Of a DNA stretch of 64,000 nt, positions 36,216 to 51,364 are shown piece by piece. Below the pieces are notes generated by a model. That model had not been told where the DNA came from and did no database searches. It saw only the letters and a program-made list of their open reading frames with translations. Source of the DNA: Narcine bancroftii. Taxonomy: Eukaryota. The position numbers were made by a program, and so were the translations under genes. Position 1 is the stretch's first letter, and each line of letters begins with the position of its first letter. The stretch is from the NCBI RefSeq assembly GCF_036971445.1, contig NC_091473.1:250914001-250978000 (forward strand), written 5' to 3'.

Positions 36216-37044
36216 ACTTTGCCTCCAGTCTGTTCTCGTCTTACACAAAGGGGTGTGAGCTGAAGTGGAGATTAACCCAAGGCACTCCCCGTCACAATGC
36301 AGGGCAGAGGGGTGAATGAGACAGGGTCGAACAATGCAGGGGATAGAATGGTGTAGGCTGGCCAGGAATGGGCACAATTCTCAGCTGGGGGTGGGGGGCC
36401 TAACTCAGTCATGATGATAGATTTACAAACACACTATACAGCACAGTAACAAGCCCTTCCAGCCAACAAGCCCATCCTGCCCAAATAACCCAATTCACCT
36501 ATAGCCCCAGTACATTTTGAAGGGTGGAGTTAAACCAGAGGACCTGGAGGATACCCATGCAGACATGGGGAGACCATACAAGCTGCTTACAGACAGTACC
36601 GGATTCCAACCCCAGTTGCTGTAATGGTGATGTGTTAACCGTGACAATAAATGTCCCACCCTACAATTCCGGGACAAGTGGGTGCGTACACGTTTGGGAG
36701 GGTACATAATGTGGTCACAGTCTGTCCGCGCTACATGAAGACAAGGCTTGGGGTGGAGAATGCAGTGCCAGTCCAGTGGACAAGCTCCTCCTGAAGGACA
36801 CCGGTCTTGTGGAGCACCTGGGAGCTCCACTCATCCAGGAAAGAGGTGGGCACACCAGAACAATTATGACTGGGGCAATGAAATTTTTGGCGCTGTGGAG
36901 AAATGAGTTATCAGATAGTTCAGACAGCACAGGAAGTCCATGTCGTGTTAAGAAAGGAACTGGGCTGTGTGTCTGTTGTGTGAAAGGGGAAGTAGCCAAC
37001 CTAAAGAGAAGACACGGACCCAGCTGGTGTAATACAGCTTAAAG

Positions 37045-37141
37045 ATGGAGGTAGGGTGGGCTCAATTCACCCACCAGAAACGATCCAGTTATAAGGTTAC
37101 CATCGCTCTGCTGCTTCTCATCTCTGTTGACCTCTCATCAG
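37045..37141 (+). CDS. Gene 2 leader exon
   Basis: MEVGWAQFTHQKRSSYKVTIALLLLISVDLSS(G), phase-1 GTAAAT donor; paralog of 2889-2985. Confidence 0.78.
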
Positions 37142-40100
37142 GTAAATCATTATATTTTCATAAACAAGGTTCTGTAGCCTTATTCTTAGCTGTTGTTTAG
37201 AATCATTCATTTGGGCCATGGTTTTTTTTTAATGTCGGAAGCTGACAAAACATCTGTGTCACAGCCTGCACTGAGTACTGAGTGAAAGATAACTCACTCA
37301 CAGCCTTGCAGGTTCCTGCACTGACTTCCAGCAGTCGTTGTGGCAGATTTATGAGCAGATAATCTGCAATCTCCCTCAATAACTACCCCAGAACCGGAGA
37401 AATTTGCAGAGGCCAAGAAACTCAGTTCCATCAGAGACCGGTTCAGACAAAGAGAGAAACTGAAAGCAACGTGGAACAGCCACAGAACGAAATTCCGTGG
37501 AGAGGAAAGGCAGGATTTCTTTCAAGCCCAGTCGAAGTGGCCACAGTACAGAAGCAGAACATTGCTGGAAATCTGCAATAAGAGCAGATCAGGAAAGAAA
37601 TAGCCTGCAGAGAGAAATCGTATTGAGTTCGGATTTTGTTTCCATTATTAACAACTCTTTGACAGTATAATCCTTAAAACTTTGTCTCCCTTCCTGGAGA
37701 CTTGGACACCCAGCCCGAATTGTCACTGGCAGATCAGTGGCTTGGGACGTTCAAGGTTCCGTGGAAATGGTGTCACTGTTGGGACGCAATCAACCACGAT
37801 CGAATACCCGTTATTCCAAATGCTTCACACCTGCAGAACCCCTCCAGCGCTTGCCAAGCCAACTATTTTCATGGTGAGACAGAATAGTCCCAGTTGCAGT
37901 CACTCTCCATTAAACCGTGAAAGGTCACACCTCCCCTTTCCCTCCATCTCCACCGTGGCGAGTCTCCTGTTGTACTCACCTGTGTAAGGAAAAAAGTGGG
38001 ATGCTGGGAATTACATTTCAGAGGGTTGTCCTTTCCTGCCATATGGGAGGGGGATGTTTTTAATCCCTATTGGTCCACCAGTCCAGAAATGCAATGGGAG
38101 GCCAACGCACGAAGCCCCTTCATCGCCACCAGCCTTGTAGTTACACAGTTGAAAATTAAATGAACTAGAATTGTAGAGAGCAGAGAGTGTTGTGAGGAAA
38201 TCTTGTGCAACTCTCGTAAAGAGTGAATACCTGTTATTTCAATCCATTCCGATTTATATACCACAACATTTTTAAAAAAATATTAAATAACAGCATAAGA
38301 AGTTTCTTGTGGATCGCAAAGTCTCCAGTGTTTCTGTGGAAAAATTAACATGGGATTACAAATTTTTGGGGAGCGGTTGGGGTGGCTACGATTACCTGAT
38401 TTTAGGGAATATTCCTTAGCCGCCCACTCGAGGCTCCTCGCATCTTTATTTGAGAGAGTGAACCATCATCATGGGTTAATATAGGATGACACAGCATGAT
38501 GGAGGGGAAGGCAAAAGATTTCATTTACAAAACAAATACCAAATGAATAAATAAAAGAACAGATAACCCCATCCTAAAACATCTGGTAAAGATATGGAAG
38601 GAAATTAATGATAAGAGATTGTAATCTCACCAAAAGCACCTAAATAAGGAGGGAGTCGGACTTGGTCAGATTTATGTAGGGAAATGGTAACATTGGTGAT
38701 CATTGTCAGACTAAGATTGGTACAGTATAATTTCTTACACCCATTGTATCTCTATATAATAAAAATTATATAAAGGAAAATCAGAGATATCGGAAATGTG
38801 CTTCAAGTGTGGGTGAGAAATGGGTACCTTTATACACGCCACATGGACCATCACGAAGGTGAGGCCCTTTTGGTTGGAATTATCTCATATATTAACTATA
38901 GAATACACTTCCTGCTGGATCGGGAGCTGTATTTATTGGGAAACTTAGAGGTCGTGAGCAGATCATTAACTAAATTCCAAATTAAATCTGTAGATATTGC
39001 CCTGTCAGGAGTAAAAAAAGCTCAGCGATCACCTGGAACTCTGAATCTCCCTTGCTCATCACTCGGTGGTCCACGGAGATGCACAACTGCCTGTCCATGG
39101 AGAAAATAACATATAAGAAATAAATACCATGCTTTTGCAACCTTATCTCAAGCCCTTTGGTGCACAGCTTTAGCACCAGCCCACAGTTCTAAAAAGCTAA
39201 CAAAATGCTGAAAGGCTAACAAAATTCACAGAAGTGAAGCACCTCGAGGAGTGGAAGTCGGGTACCTGAGGTTCTCTTTTCTTTTTCCCATTTCTCTGTT
39301 TGCCACTTTAATTGTTTTAGTTGTGGTTTAGATTTCAAAGTTCTGGGGCATGAAAGGAAGTTACAAGCAAGCAGCATAATGTTGGTATCAGAGAAGTGAT
39401 TTATACTAAACAAAATTGTAAATACATTAAAAATGGATTGTTTCTTCGATGTGATATTATATTTGTTTTGGAAAAATTGAAAAATAAAATTTTCAAGAAA
39501 GACTGAGTACCTGGTGATCAGAAACTAATTGTAGCAGGTAAAATGGAATGAATAACATTCTTCAACTAGATAAACTTCAAATTAAGTATTTGTGCTTCTC
39601 GCCTGGTTGAAGGGCAGAGCTCACTTGTAGTTGAGTTTAGTTTCCCCTGCCAACGTTACTCTCTTTTCCTGGCCTTTCCCAAATAACACAATTGTGAAAA
39701 CAACGACAACTTTGCTTCATCTTTGTGAAATTAAGCTTTCTTCTGACAGCAATCAAAAAGTTAGGCCATCAATAATTATTGATATGCGTCGTTTCACCAT
39801 TTTAATGTGCTCGATCCCCCTAACTTTCTAACCTTGCTACGCCCCAGGGGATAGTGGATGCCTGGTGCTCCCTCTAACTATATTCAACCCAATTCAAATA
39901 AATAGCCTGGATGTTTCCCTTATCCTGTAGTGTAGGGTAATTGTCGGAATGGGGTTGAACATGGTTAGAGGAATGACCAGGCCACCACTCCCTACCTACT
40001 CCTTACACTCAGAACCCACTCTTCCTGATGGAGATTGTCTGGCTCTGTGAGTGTGTCAGGGTCACAGGGATCAGGGGGATAAATAACTCTCATGGTCTTC

Positions 40101-40629
40101 TTGCACAAGCCCCTTTCCAGCCTGGAACTTGGCCTAAGGGAAAAAGAGGATCTGACTTAGTGTGGGAGAGACATGTGGGGAGAGAGGAAGCAAATCATTT
40201 TTTTTCATTCATTGTGATTCTCTGAGTCAGTGAGGAATATCCAGCTGCAGATTTTCTAACTGAACTTTTTTTGGGGGGAAATGGTCTCAAGGAGCAAGTC
40301 CACCATTTGTTGCCCATCTCTGCTTGCCGCAAGAGGCTCGTGCTGAGGTCCCTGTGGAACCCCTGCAGAGATCGCATCCCTAGAACTCACCACAAGAAAC
40401 AACAGACAAACATGTTGGAAAATCAGGCTGAGGCATTCTGCTTTCACTCAAACCTGAGGAACAGCTTCGATGAAATGAAAATTCACACCAGGATTAGAAT
40501 ATTGAAGTGCAACATGACGTGAACAAAATCATGAATCTCCATGAACAGTAAAAATGCCACAGTTCTATTGCTAATTTCAGCGTGTGTGGATGCAGTGTGG
40601 GTAATCTTTCATCTTTTACGTTCAAACAG

Positions 40630-40944
40630 GTTCAACTGCAATAACTGGTCCCAAACAAGTTAAGGGAGAAGAAGGACAGTCGGTCACTATGGAATGTCGG
40701 TATAATCGGAAATACAGGGACTACAAGAAACAATGGTGTAGGGGTCATTATTATGTATTTAGTTCTCCTTTGGTTTCAACTGAACGCCCACAACATGGAA
40801 GATTATCAATGACTGATAACATGGCAAAAGGGATACTGTCATTCACCATAGACAACCTACAGAAGAAAGATAAAGGAAGGTACTGGTGTGGGATCGATAA
40901 GTATATCGATGAAAAGTTTCCCATTGATTTGGAAGTTTATGAAG
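40630..40944 (+). CDS. Ig V-set exon, type B (gene 2 domain 1)
   Basis: Same protein as 10527-10841; splice sites intact. Confidence 0.9.
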
Positions 40945-43501
40945 GTACATTGACAATTTCTCCTCACTCAGTCAAAATTTGAAAATTCCACCCTTGCCCC
41001 TCCCACCCTCAGCTCTGATGGTGACTCAGTCCCACATTTCCATGGCATCAAAGGGGTGGGGACTCATCAACTAGGTTTTTTGTCTCTTGGGGGGAGACAA
41101 CAACACCCCCTCGGCAGGACAGTCCCGACAGCCAACTGTTCTGCTCTTGGGTCATTCCCCCACAGCCAATTGCTCCGAGGTCAGAACCTTGCCCACACCC
41201 ACTGGAACAGGTGGGACAGCAGACCTCCACCACACTACCCACCTCTGCAGTCCCACCCAGCCCAGTCCCACCCATTGGTGATATCAGCCGAGTTCTGTTC
41301 ACTTCCTCAGTTATTCTCCTGATGGAAAGGCTGATCCTGAGAGAGTGAAGTAGATAATCTGGGATATATTTAGCGGGTTGGGCAGCATCTTTTGTGAGAG
41401 AAACTGGTTTAATATTTAAGAGAGATATCCTTCGTCCGATTTGGGCAAGTTTCAAGATCCAGGTGTGGGAGGAGTCATGGAGGGAAAAGAAAGGAAGCCC
41501 ATTGATAATGTCATGGAGCCACTGCGTCTAACAGCATAGAACAGACCCATCAAATCCCCAGCTGTGCTCAACCCACTTCATCTGTCGCATCCTATATGAA
41601 TGGTTCTAGGGCCATCTCGATATCCATTCAAGGTAAGAGTCTCTGCCATCACCTTCTCAGGCAGTGCTTAAGATCCCAACCATGTTCTGGGTGAGCAAAA
41701 TCTTCTCTATATCTCCTATAAAATTTTTTAATTGAACCAAAGAGCTTTGCGCTCTGGTGAGGCCCTTTTGGTTGGAATTATCTCATATATTAACTAAAGA
41801 ACAGACTTCCCGCTGGATCGGGAGCTGTATTTATTGGGAAACCTCAAGGTCGTGGGCAGATTATTAACTAAATTCCAAATTAAATCTGTAGATATTGCCC
41901 TGTCAGGAGTAAAAAAAAGCTCAGCGATCACCTGGAACTCTGAATCTCCCTTGCTCATCACTCGGTGGTCCACGGAGATGCACAACTGCCTGTCCATGGA
42001 GAAAATAACATATAAGAAATAAATACCATACATTTGCAACCTTATCTCAAGCCCTTTGGTGCACAGCTTTAGCGAAAACCCACAGTTCTAAAAAGCTAAC
42101 AAAATGCTGAAAGGCTAACAAAATTCACAGAAGTGAAGCACCTCGAGGAGTGGAAGTCGGGTACCTGAGGTTCTCTTTTCTTTTTCCCATTTCTCTGTTT
42201 GCCACTTTAATTGTTTTAGTTGTGGTTTAGATTTCAAAGTTCTGGGGCATGAAAGGAAGTTACAAGCAAGCAGCATAGTGATGGTATCAGAGAAGTGAAT
42301 TATACTAAACAAAATTGTAAATACATTAAAAATGGATTGTTTCTTCAGATGTGATATTACATTTATTTTGGAAAAATTGAAAAATAAAATTTTCAAGAAA
42401 AAGAATGAGTACCTGATGATCAGAAACTAATTGTAGCAGGTAAAATGGAATGAATAACATTCTTCAACTAGATAAACCGAATTAAGTATTTGTCCTTCTT
42501 GCCTGGTTGAAGGGCAGAGCTCACTTGTAGTTCAGTTTAGTTTCCCCTGCCAACGTTACTCTCCTTTCCTGGCCTTTCCCAAATAATAAAATCATGAAAT
42601 CAACGACAATTTTACTTCATCTTTGTAAAATGAAGCTTTTATCTTCCAGCAATCAAAAACTTAGGTCATCAATAATTATTGATATACGTCGTGCTCGATC
42701 CCACAACTTTCGAACCTTGCTACGCCCCAGGGGATAGTGGATGCCTGGTGCTCCCTCTAACCATGTTCCACCCAATTACAACAAATAGTCTGGACATTGC
42801 CCACATCCTGTAGCCAAGGATAATTGTCGGTATGGTGTTGAACATGGTAGAAGAACAACCAAGACCCCATTCCATGCCTGTTCCTTACACGCAGAACCCA
42901 CACTTCCTGTTGGAGATCGGCTGGCTCTGTGAGTGAGTCAAGGTCAGGGGGAGAAAAAACTCCCATGGTCTTCTTGCACAAGCCCCATTCCAGCATGGAA
43001 CTGGGCCTCAGGGAAAAAGAGGATCTGACTTAGTGTGAGAAAGACATGTGGGGAGAGAGGAGGCAAACCATTATTTTCCTTCATTGTGATTATCTGAGTC
43101 GGTGAGGAATATCCAGCTGCAGATTTTCTAACTGAAGTTTCTGGGGGAGTAAGTGGTCTCAAGGAGCAAGTCCACCATTTGTTGCCCATCTCTGCTTGCC
43201 TCAAGGGGCTCGTGCTGAGGTCCCTGTGGAACCCCTGCAGAGATCGCATCCCTAGAACTCACCACAAGAAACAACAGACAAACATGTTGGAAAATCAGGC
43301 TGAGGCATTCTGCTTTCACTCAAACTTGAGGAACAGCTTCGATGAAATGAGAATTCACACCAGGATTAGAATATGGAAGTGCAACATGACGTGGACAAAA
43401 TCATGAATCTCCATGAACGGTAGAAATGTCACAATTCTATTGCTAAATTCAGCGTGTGTGGATGCAGTGTGGGTAATTTTTCATCTTTTATGTTCCAACA
43501 G

Positions 43502-43816
43502 GTTCAACTGCAATAACTGGTCCCAAACACGTTAAGGGAGAAGAAGGACAGTCGGTCACTGTGGAATGTCGGTATGATCGGAAATACAGGGACTACAAGA
43601 AACAATGGTGTAGTGGTTATTATAATCTATCAAGTGCTGTTGTTGTTTCAACTGATCGCCCACAAAATGGAAGATCATCGATGACAGATAACAAGGCAGA
43701 GGCGATAATGTCAGTCACCATAGACAACCTACAGAAGGAAGATGAAGGATTGTACTGGTGTGTGATCGAAAAGATAATCGATGAAAAGTTTTTGATTCAC
43801 TTGCAAGTTTCTGAAG
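43502..43816 (+). CDS. Ig V-set exon, type A (gene 2 domain 2)
   Basis: Same protein as 6493-6807; splice sites intact. Confidence 0.9.
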
Positions 43817-46800
43817 GTATGTTGACAATTCCTCCCCATTTGGCCCAAATTTGAACATTGCACCAGTCACACCCTCCACAATCACACCCATTCCAGTCAC
43901 AAACACTGGTGACATCAGCTTTTTGATCACTCCAAATCCAATTATAATTCCCTCGATGGGAAAAGTGATCATTACAGAGTGACTCCCAGGAGCATATCGA
44001 GGGAGGTCCACATACTGCTAGAAGAGGTGGGATGGTGGGTGGAACAGGTCCGGGTGGAGGGGGGGGGTGCTTAAGTGTTTCCACGAAAGCTTATCCTGTG
44101 GTGTCATAGGATCTGCTTCCCATTCTCGCTTGAGAGGAGGAGAGGAATAGACAGTGGCAAAGCTAGGGTGGGGTGTTGGTTGCAGGAGGGAAATAATGCA
44201 TTCTACAAGAGTGGTGCATTTTCAACCATTTTTTAATTCTTTAGTTCCCAAATGCAATAAAAGTCGAATCTCTTTTTCTCTATTGGTTCCTTTTACTTGG
44301 AATCAATGTGGAAATAGGGTAGAACTGGAGCGATTTGCAGAGGTTGAGAAACCCAGTTCCAACAGAGACCTGCTCAGACAAAGAGAGAAACTGAAAGCAA
44401 CGTGGAAGAGCAACAGAACGAAATTCCGTGGAGAGGAAAGGCAGGATTTCTTCCAGGCGCAGTCGAAGTGGCCAGAGTACAGAAGCAGAACATTGCTGGA
44501 AATTTCCAATAAGAGCAGATCAGGAAAGAAATAGCCTGCAGAGAGAAATCGTATTGAGTTCAAATTTTGTTTCCAATATTAACAACTCTTTGATAGTGTC
44601 ATCCTTAAAACATTTTCTCCTTTCCTGGAGACTTGGTGGACACCCACCCCTACTTCTCATTGGCAGATCAGTGGTTGGGGTCATTCGAGGTTCCATGGAA
44701 ATGGCCTCATACTTGGAATGGAATCGACCACGATCGAATACCCGTTATTCCAAATACTACAGACCAGCAGAGCAGAACTGTTCCAGCGCTTGCCGAGCCA
44801 ACCACTTTCATGGCCACGCAGAATGGTCCCAATTGCAGTCACTCTCCTCTAAACCATTAAAGGTCACAACTCCCCTCTCCCTCTATCTCCACCGTGGTGA
44901 GCCCTCAGTTGCTCTCACCTGTGCATAGAAAAAATTGGGAATTGCATTTCATAGGCTGTCATTTCCTGCCATATGGGAGGGGGATTATTTTCTAATCCTT
45001 ATCGACCACTAGTTCTGAAATGGAATGGGAGACCAATGCCTGAAACCCCTTCATCGCTACCAGCCTTGTGGTTATACAGTTGTAGATAAAATAAACGAGA
45101 ATTGTAGAGAGGAGAAAATGTGAGGAAAACATGTGCAACTCTTGTAAAGAGTGAGTACCTGTTATTTCAATCAATTCCGATTTATGAACAACATTTTTAA
45201 AATATTAAATGACAGCATAAGAACTTTCCTGTAGATCTCTGCGGAAAAATTGACGTGGGATTATAAATTTTGGAGGGGGGGAGCGGAAACTACGATTACC
45301 TGATTTTAGGGTAAATTCCTTAGCCGTCCAGTCGAGGTTCCTTCCATCTTTATTTGAGAGAGTGAACCACCATCATGGGTTAACATAGGACGACCTAGCA
45401 CGGGAGAGGGGGAGGTGAAAGATTTCATTTACAAAACAAATACCAAATAAATAAAAGAACAGATAACCCCATCCTAAAACATCTGGTAAAGGTCTGGAAG
45501 GAAATTAATGATTGGATCGGTAAAGAGATTGTAATCTCACCAATGCACCTTAATTCTGAGGGAGTTGGACTTGGTCAGATTTATGTAGGGAAAGTGTAAC
45601 ATTTGTGATCAACGCCACAATAAGATGGTACAATATAATTTCTTACACCCATTATATCTCTATATAATAAAAATTATATAAAGGAAAATCAGAGATATCG
45701 GAAATGTGCTTCAGGTGTGGGTGAAAAATGGGTACCTTTATACACTCCACATGGACCTGCCGAAGGTGAGGCCCTTTTGGTTGGAATTATCTCATATATT
45801 AACTAAAGAACAGACTTCCCGCTGGATCGGGAGCTGTAATTATTGGGAAACCTCAAGGTCGTGGGCAGATTATTAACTAAATTCCAAATTAAATCTGTAG
45901 ATATTGCCCTGTCAGGAGTAAAAAAAGCTCAGCGATCACCTGGAACTCTGAATCTCCCTTGCTCATCACTCGGTGGTCCACGGAGATGCACAACTGCCTG
46001 TCCATGGAGAAAATAACATATAAGAAATAAATACCATACATTTGCAACCTTATCTCAAGCCCTTTGGTGCACAGCTTTAGCGAAAGCCCACAGTTCTAAA
46101 AAGCTAACAAAATGCTGAAAGGCTAACAAAATTCACAGAAGTGAAGCACCTCGAGGAGTGGAAGTCGGGTACCTGAGGTTCTCTTTTCTTTTTCCCATTT
46201 CTCTGTTTGCCAATTTAATTGTTTTAGTTGTGGTTTAGACTTCAAAGTTCTGAGGCATGAAAGGAAATGACAAGCAAGCAGCATAATGTTGGTATCAGAG
46301 AAGTGAATTATACTAAACAAAATTGTAAATACATTAAAAATGGATTGTTTCTTCAGATGTGATATTACATTTATTTTGGAAAAATTGAAAAATAAAATTT
46401 TCAAGAAAAAGAATGAGTACCTGATGATCAGAAACTAATTGTAGCAGGTAAAATGGAATGAATAACATTCTTCAACTAGATAAACCGAATTAAGTATTTG
46501 TCCTTCTTGCCTGGTTGAAGGGCAGTGCTCACTTGCAGTTGAGTTTAGTTTACCCTGCCAACGTTACTCTCCTTTCCTGGCCATTCCCAAATAATACAAT
46601 CATGAAATCAACGACAATTTTGCTTCATCTTTGTAAAATGAAGCTTTCTTCTTCCAGCAATCAAAAACTTAGGCCGTCAATAATTATTGATGTACGTCTT
46701 GGCACCATTTTAATGTGCTCGATCCCCCTAACATTCGAACTTTGCTATGCCCCAGGGGATAGTTGATGCCTGGTGGTCCCTCCTACCATGTTCCACCCAA

Positions 46801-47525
46801 TTCCAACAAATAGTCTGGACGTTGCCCACATCCTGTAGCCAAGGATAATTGTCAGTATGGGGTTGAACATGGTAGAGGAACGACCAAGACCCCATTCCCT
46901 GCCTGTTCCTGTCACGCAGAACCCACACTTCCTGTTGGAGATCGGCTGGCTCTGTGAGTGAGTTAAGGTCAGGGGGAGAAAAAACTCCCATGGTCTTCTT
47001 GCACAAGCCCCATTCCAGCATGGAACTGGGCCTCAGGGAAAAAGAGGATCTGACTTAGTGTGAGAGAGATATATGGGGAGAGAGGAGGCAAACCATTATT
47101 TTCCTTCATTGTGATTATCTGAGTCGGTGAGGAATATCCAGCTGCAGATTTTCTAACTGAAGTTTCTGGGGGGGAAGTGGTCTCAAGGAGCAAGTCCACC
47201 ATTTGTTACCCATCTCTGCTTGCCGCAAGGGGCTCGTGCTGAGGTCCCTGTGGAAACCCTGCAGAGATCGCATCCCTAGAACTCACCACAAGAAACAACA
47301 GACAAACATGTTGGAAAATCAGGCTGAGGCATTCTGCTTTCACTCAAACTTGAGGAACAGCTTCGATGAAATGAGAATTCACACCAGGATTAGAATATTG
47401 AAGTGCAACATGACGTGGACAAAATCATGAATCTCCATGAACAGTAGAAATGTCACAATTCTATTGCTAAATTCAGCGTGTGTGGATGCAGTGTGGGTAA
47501 TCTTTCATCTTTTATGTTCCAACAG

Positions 47526-47840
47526 GTTTAACTGCAATAACTGGTCCCGAACATGTTAAGGGAGAAGAAGGACAGTCGGTCACTATAGAATGTCGGTATG
47601 ATCAGAAATACAGGGACTACAAGAAACAATGGTGTAGTGGTTATTATAATCTATCAAGTGCTGTTGTTGTTTCAACTGATCGCCTACAAAATGGAAGATC
47701 ATCGATGACAGATAACAAGGCAGAGGCGATAATGTCAGTCACCATAGACAACCTACAGAAGGAAGATGAAGGATTTTACTGGTGTGTGATCGAAAAGATA
47801 ATGAATGAAAAATTTTTGATTCACTTGCAAGTTTCTGAAG
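47526..47840 (+). CDS. Ig V-set exon, type A' (gene 2 domain 3); missed by ORF track
   Basis: ccaacAG acceptor, G|GTACGT donor. GLTAITGPEHVKGEEGQSVTIECRYDQKYRDYKKQWCSGYYNLSSAVVVSTDRLQNG...DEGFYWCVIEKIMNEKFLIHLQVSE, open frame. Confidence 0.9.
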
Positions 47841-50800
47841 GTACGTTAACAATTTCTCCTCACTCGGCCTAAATTTGAAAATTCCACCCTTGCCCCTTGC
47901 ATTTTCGGCTCTGATGGTATCTCAGTCCTAAATCTCTATGACATTAAAGGGATGGGGACACATCAACTGGGTTTTCTGTCACTTGGGGGGGATATAAAAA
48001 CACACCCTCACCTTGGACAGGAATGAATTAACGTTGAACAATCGACCCGATAGAACGGTCCTGACGCTCAACTGTTCTGCTCTTGAGTTATTCATGCAAA
48101 ACCAATTGATCCAAGATCAGAACCGTGCCCACACCCACTGGAACAGGTGGGACTGCAGACCTCCACCAGCTCGCTCTACCCACCTCTGCAGTCCCACCCA
48201 GCCCAATCCAACCCATTGGTGATATCATCCGAGTTCTGTTCACTTCCTCAGTTATTCTCCTGATGGAAAGGCTGATCCTGAGAGAGTGAAGTAGATAATC
48301 TGGGAAATATTTAACGGGTTGGGCAGCATCTTTAGTGGGAGAAACTGGGTTAATATTTCAGAGAGCTATCCTTCGTCCGATTTGGGCAAGTTTCAAGGTG
48401 CAGATGTGGGAGGAGTCATGGAGGGAAAAGAAAGGAAGCCCACTGATAATGTCATGGAGCCACTGCCTCTAACAGCATAGAACAGACCCATCAGATCACC
48501 AGCTGTGCTCAACCCATTTCATCTGTCACATCCTATATGAATGGTTCCAGGCCCATCTCGATATCCATTCAAGGTAAGAGTCTCTGCCATCACCTTCTCA
48601 GGCAGTGTTTAAGATCCTAACCACATTCTGGTGAGCAAAATCTTCTCTATATCTCCTGTAAACATTTTACATCGAAACAAAAGGCTTTGCGCTCTGGTTA
48701 TAATGACCTCTGCTGCTTAGAACATTTTTACTGCTATCAATCCTACCTCTCCCCCATATAATGTTGCACATGCCATTCAGATAAGTTCTCAGCTTTCACA
48801 TCTGCAAGGAAGACAACCCGGCCTCTCCATCCTCTCCTCACAATGGAAATGCTCCTATGCATGCTGTGTGACCTGCTGATTCCTCCATCATTTTGGTCAT
48901 TATTATATTCACACATCTGCAGACTTTTGTGTTCAACTGTAATCACTCTACGCCAACTTCCCCGCTGTCATGCTCTTTCAGCCCCTTTACAATGACCATC
49001 CACTCCCCCTCCCTCAGCCTTGTTCTTTTTGTTCCCCTCTCCCACATTCTCCACTTCTATCTCTCCTCTCTCACGTGCTCTAGCTTCCCAGAAGGAGAAG
49101 TTGGGGCTGCGGACCTGTTCCTTGCAGTACCGGCAGTGGACCCTTCAGGCTTCCTCCTTCACCTTGGGTCATTGAACCGATGGCAGCTGGGTGGGGACCA
49201 GCAGCAAGAATCCAGTCTGAGGGCTAAGGAATATTCCAGCAGTGGGCAGACTTTTGTGGAGAGGCTAATCGTAGCCTTGGCTGCTTCGTGGATGTCCCCA
49301 GATCTAGGATGCTTTCAGGGACACTCCTTCACCAGGTGCACATTTGCTCATTCAGGGAGGGTTTCCTGGACAAAAACTTGACTCACAATAGAAAACTACA
49401 CAAAAAGTGGTCTCCTTGTGGAAAGTTTCCAGAAATCTCCAGAATATACACCCACCAATCAACCCCAACTTCTGGAACGCACACATCTACTGCTCAAGCA
49501 TTCCCTGATCCATCATGGGCTTCAACTCTTCTAGGCCACTTCTACAGAATCCTCCACTTCTTGAAATTTAATACATTTAACTCTACTATAAATATCTTTC
49601 ATCAGCTTGTCTCCTTCACTCTCGGCCACTGAGTATTCTAGAGGTTCACTGCCCTCCAAAGGAAGAAAGGTTGACACACCACAGTTTTAATTACCTGCTC
49701 CTAACTTTGTTTGCTTTTACTGGCTCCTTTTATTCCGGTCTCATTTGAATCACCTCCCATTCTTCTGAATTCAAAGGAATTCAGCCCCATCTAATTAGTC
49801 TCTCTGAATGGAACAACCATTACAGGGAGGATGTGGAAGATATGGAGAAGGTGCAGAGGAGATTTACCAGGATGTTGCCTGGAATGGGAAACTAGTTTGA
49901 TGAGGCAAGGTTAGTGGAACTGGGACTTTCCTCTTTTGAGTGTACAATGAATAGAGGAGACTTGATTGAGGTCTTCAAGAATATGAGAAGAATAGATAGG
50001 GTGGACGGCCAGCGCCTTTTCTCCATGGCAGAAATAGCAAACAACAGATGACATATATGCAAAGTGAAGGGAGAGATGTTTAGCGGAGACATCAGGGATA
50101 AGTATTTTTTTAAACATAGCTATGGTTTCCTGGATTCCCCTGACAGGATGGTGGTGTAGGCTGACATATTTGGGCATTTAAAAGATGTTTAGACAAGTAC
50201 ATGGATGGAAGAAAAATAGAGGGTACAGGGTAGCGTGGGTTTAGTTTTTTCAAGGGAATTTATGAATCGGCAAAACATCAAGGGCCAAAGGGCCTGTACA
50301 GTTCTATACAGCTCTCTCCCATCCCAGCGGTTGGCCTGTTGAACTTTCTTTGGGCTACCTCCAATGCAACTCTGTCTTTTTGGAGAAGGGTTCCAACACT
50401 GTGCACACAGTTCCTGGTAAGGTCTCAGCACTACCCTGCGCAATTGCGACAAACCCTCCCTACACTTAAACTCCATCCTTTCCAATGACTGTGGCCTTCC
50501 CAGCTTCAGGTTGGACCGGTCTGTTAGCCTTTGGTGAGTCGTGCACTAGGACACTGCGATCTCTCTGTAACTCACTCACTCATGAGCAGCCTCTCTCTGT
50601 TAAGACAATAATCTGCCACGTTTTCGCCACAATCATTCCATCCTCATCAACGTTGTCGTCTTGATGTGCTCTTCCATCCACCCTCACCTCATTGGCATGC
50701 TTAGGTTGTAAACAATTTAGGGCCAAAGAGCAATTCCTAGGATACTCCAAAACTTGCATCCTCTCAGCCGGAAAAGGTCTCCTTCATTCTAGCTCCATAT

Positions 50801-51364
50801 TTTCCATGTGACGGCCAGTCTTCAATACGTGCCGGGACACTTTCTCCAGTATCTCAAGGTTCAAGCTTCCTTTTATCGTCGTAGTAACACATAAAAATGT
50901 AATTGACAGGATATGTTTCCATTTTTGTTGGCTGCAAGGTAAACAAATAGTTGCCATGAGCATCATCCAGCTCCCCTAAAGAGAAGCAAAAGAGAATCCC
51001 TTCAGAGATACAGAGTGTCCGTCGATTCGCCTCCAGCGCTCCCGCAACTTCTGCAGTTCCACAGGACTCCAGTTCAATTCACTGATAGCCCGAGCTCCAG
51101 ATCCAAACCTCCAATACGATCAGGAAGCTGTCAGTGCCTCAGGCTCTTCTGCCGTCTGCACCATCTTAAATCCCAGTTCTAATACCTGGTTCCCCTGAGC
51201 CGGTCTCCATCAGCACTTGGCCATTGTGGGTCCTTTGACCACAGGTCTCCAGCAGCCTTCAGGTCGTGGGCATCCTTCAGCTAGTGAGTCTCTTGCTGGT
51301 CCGTGGCTGTAGGCATAGCCCTGTGGGAACCATTATGGGGCAGTGGTCACAATAGGACCGAGTT

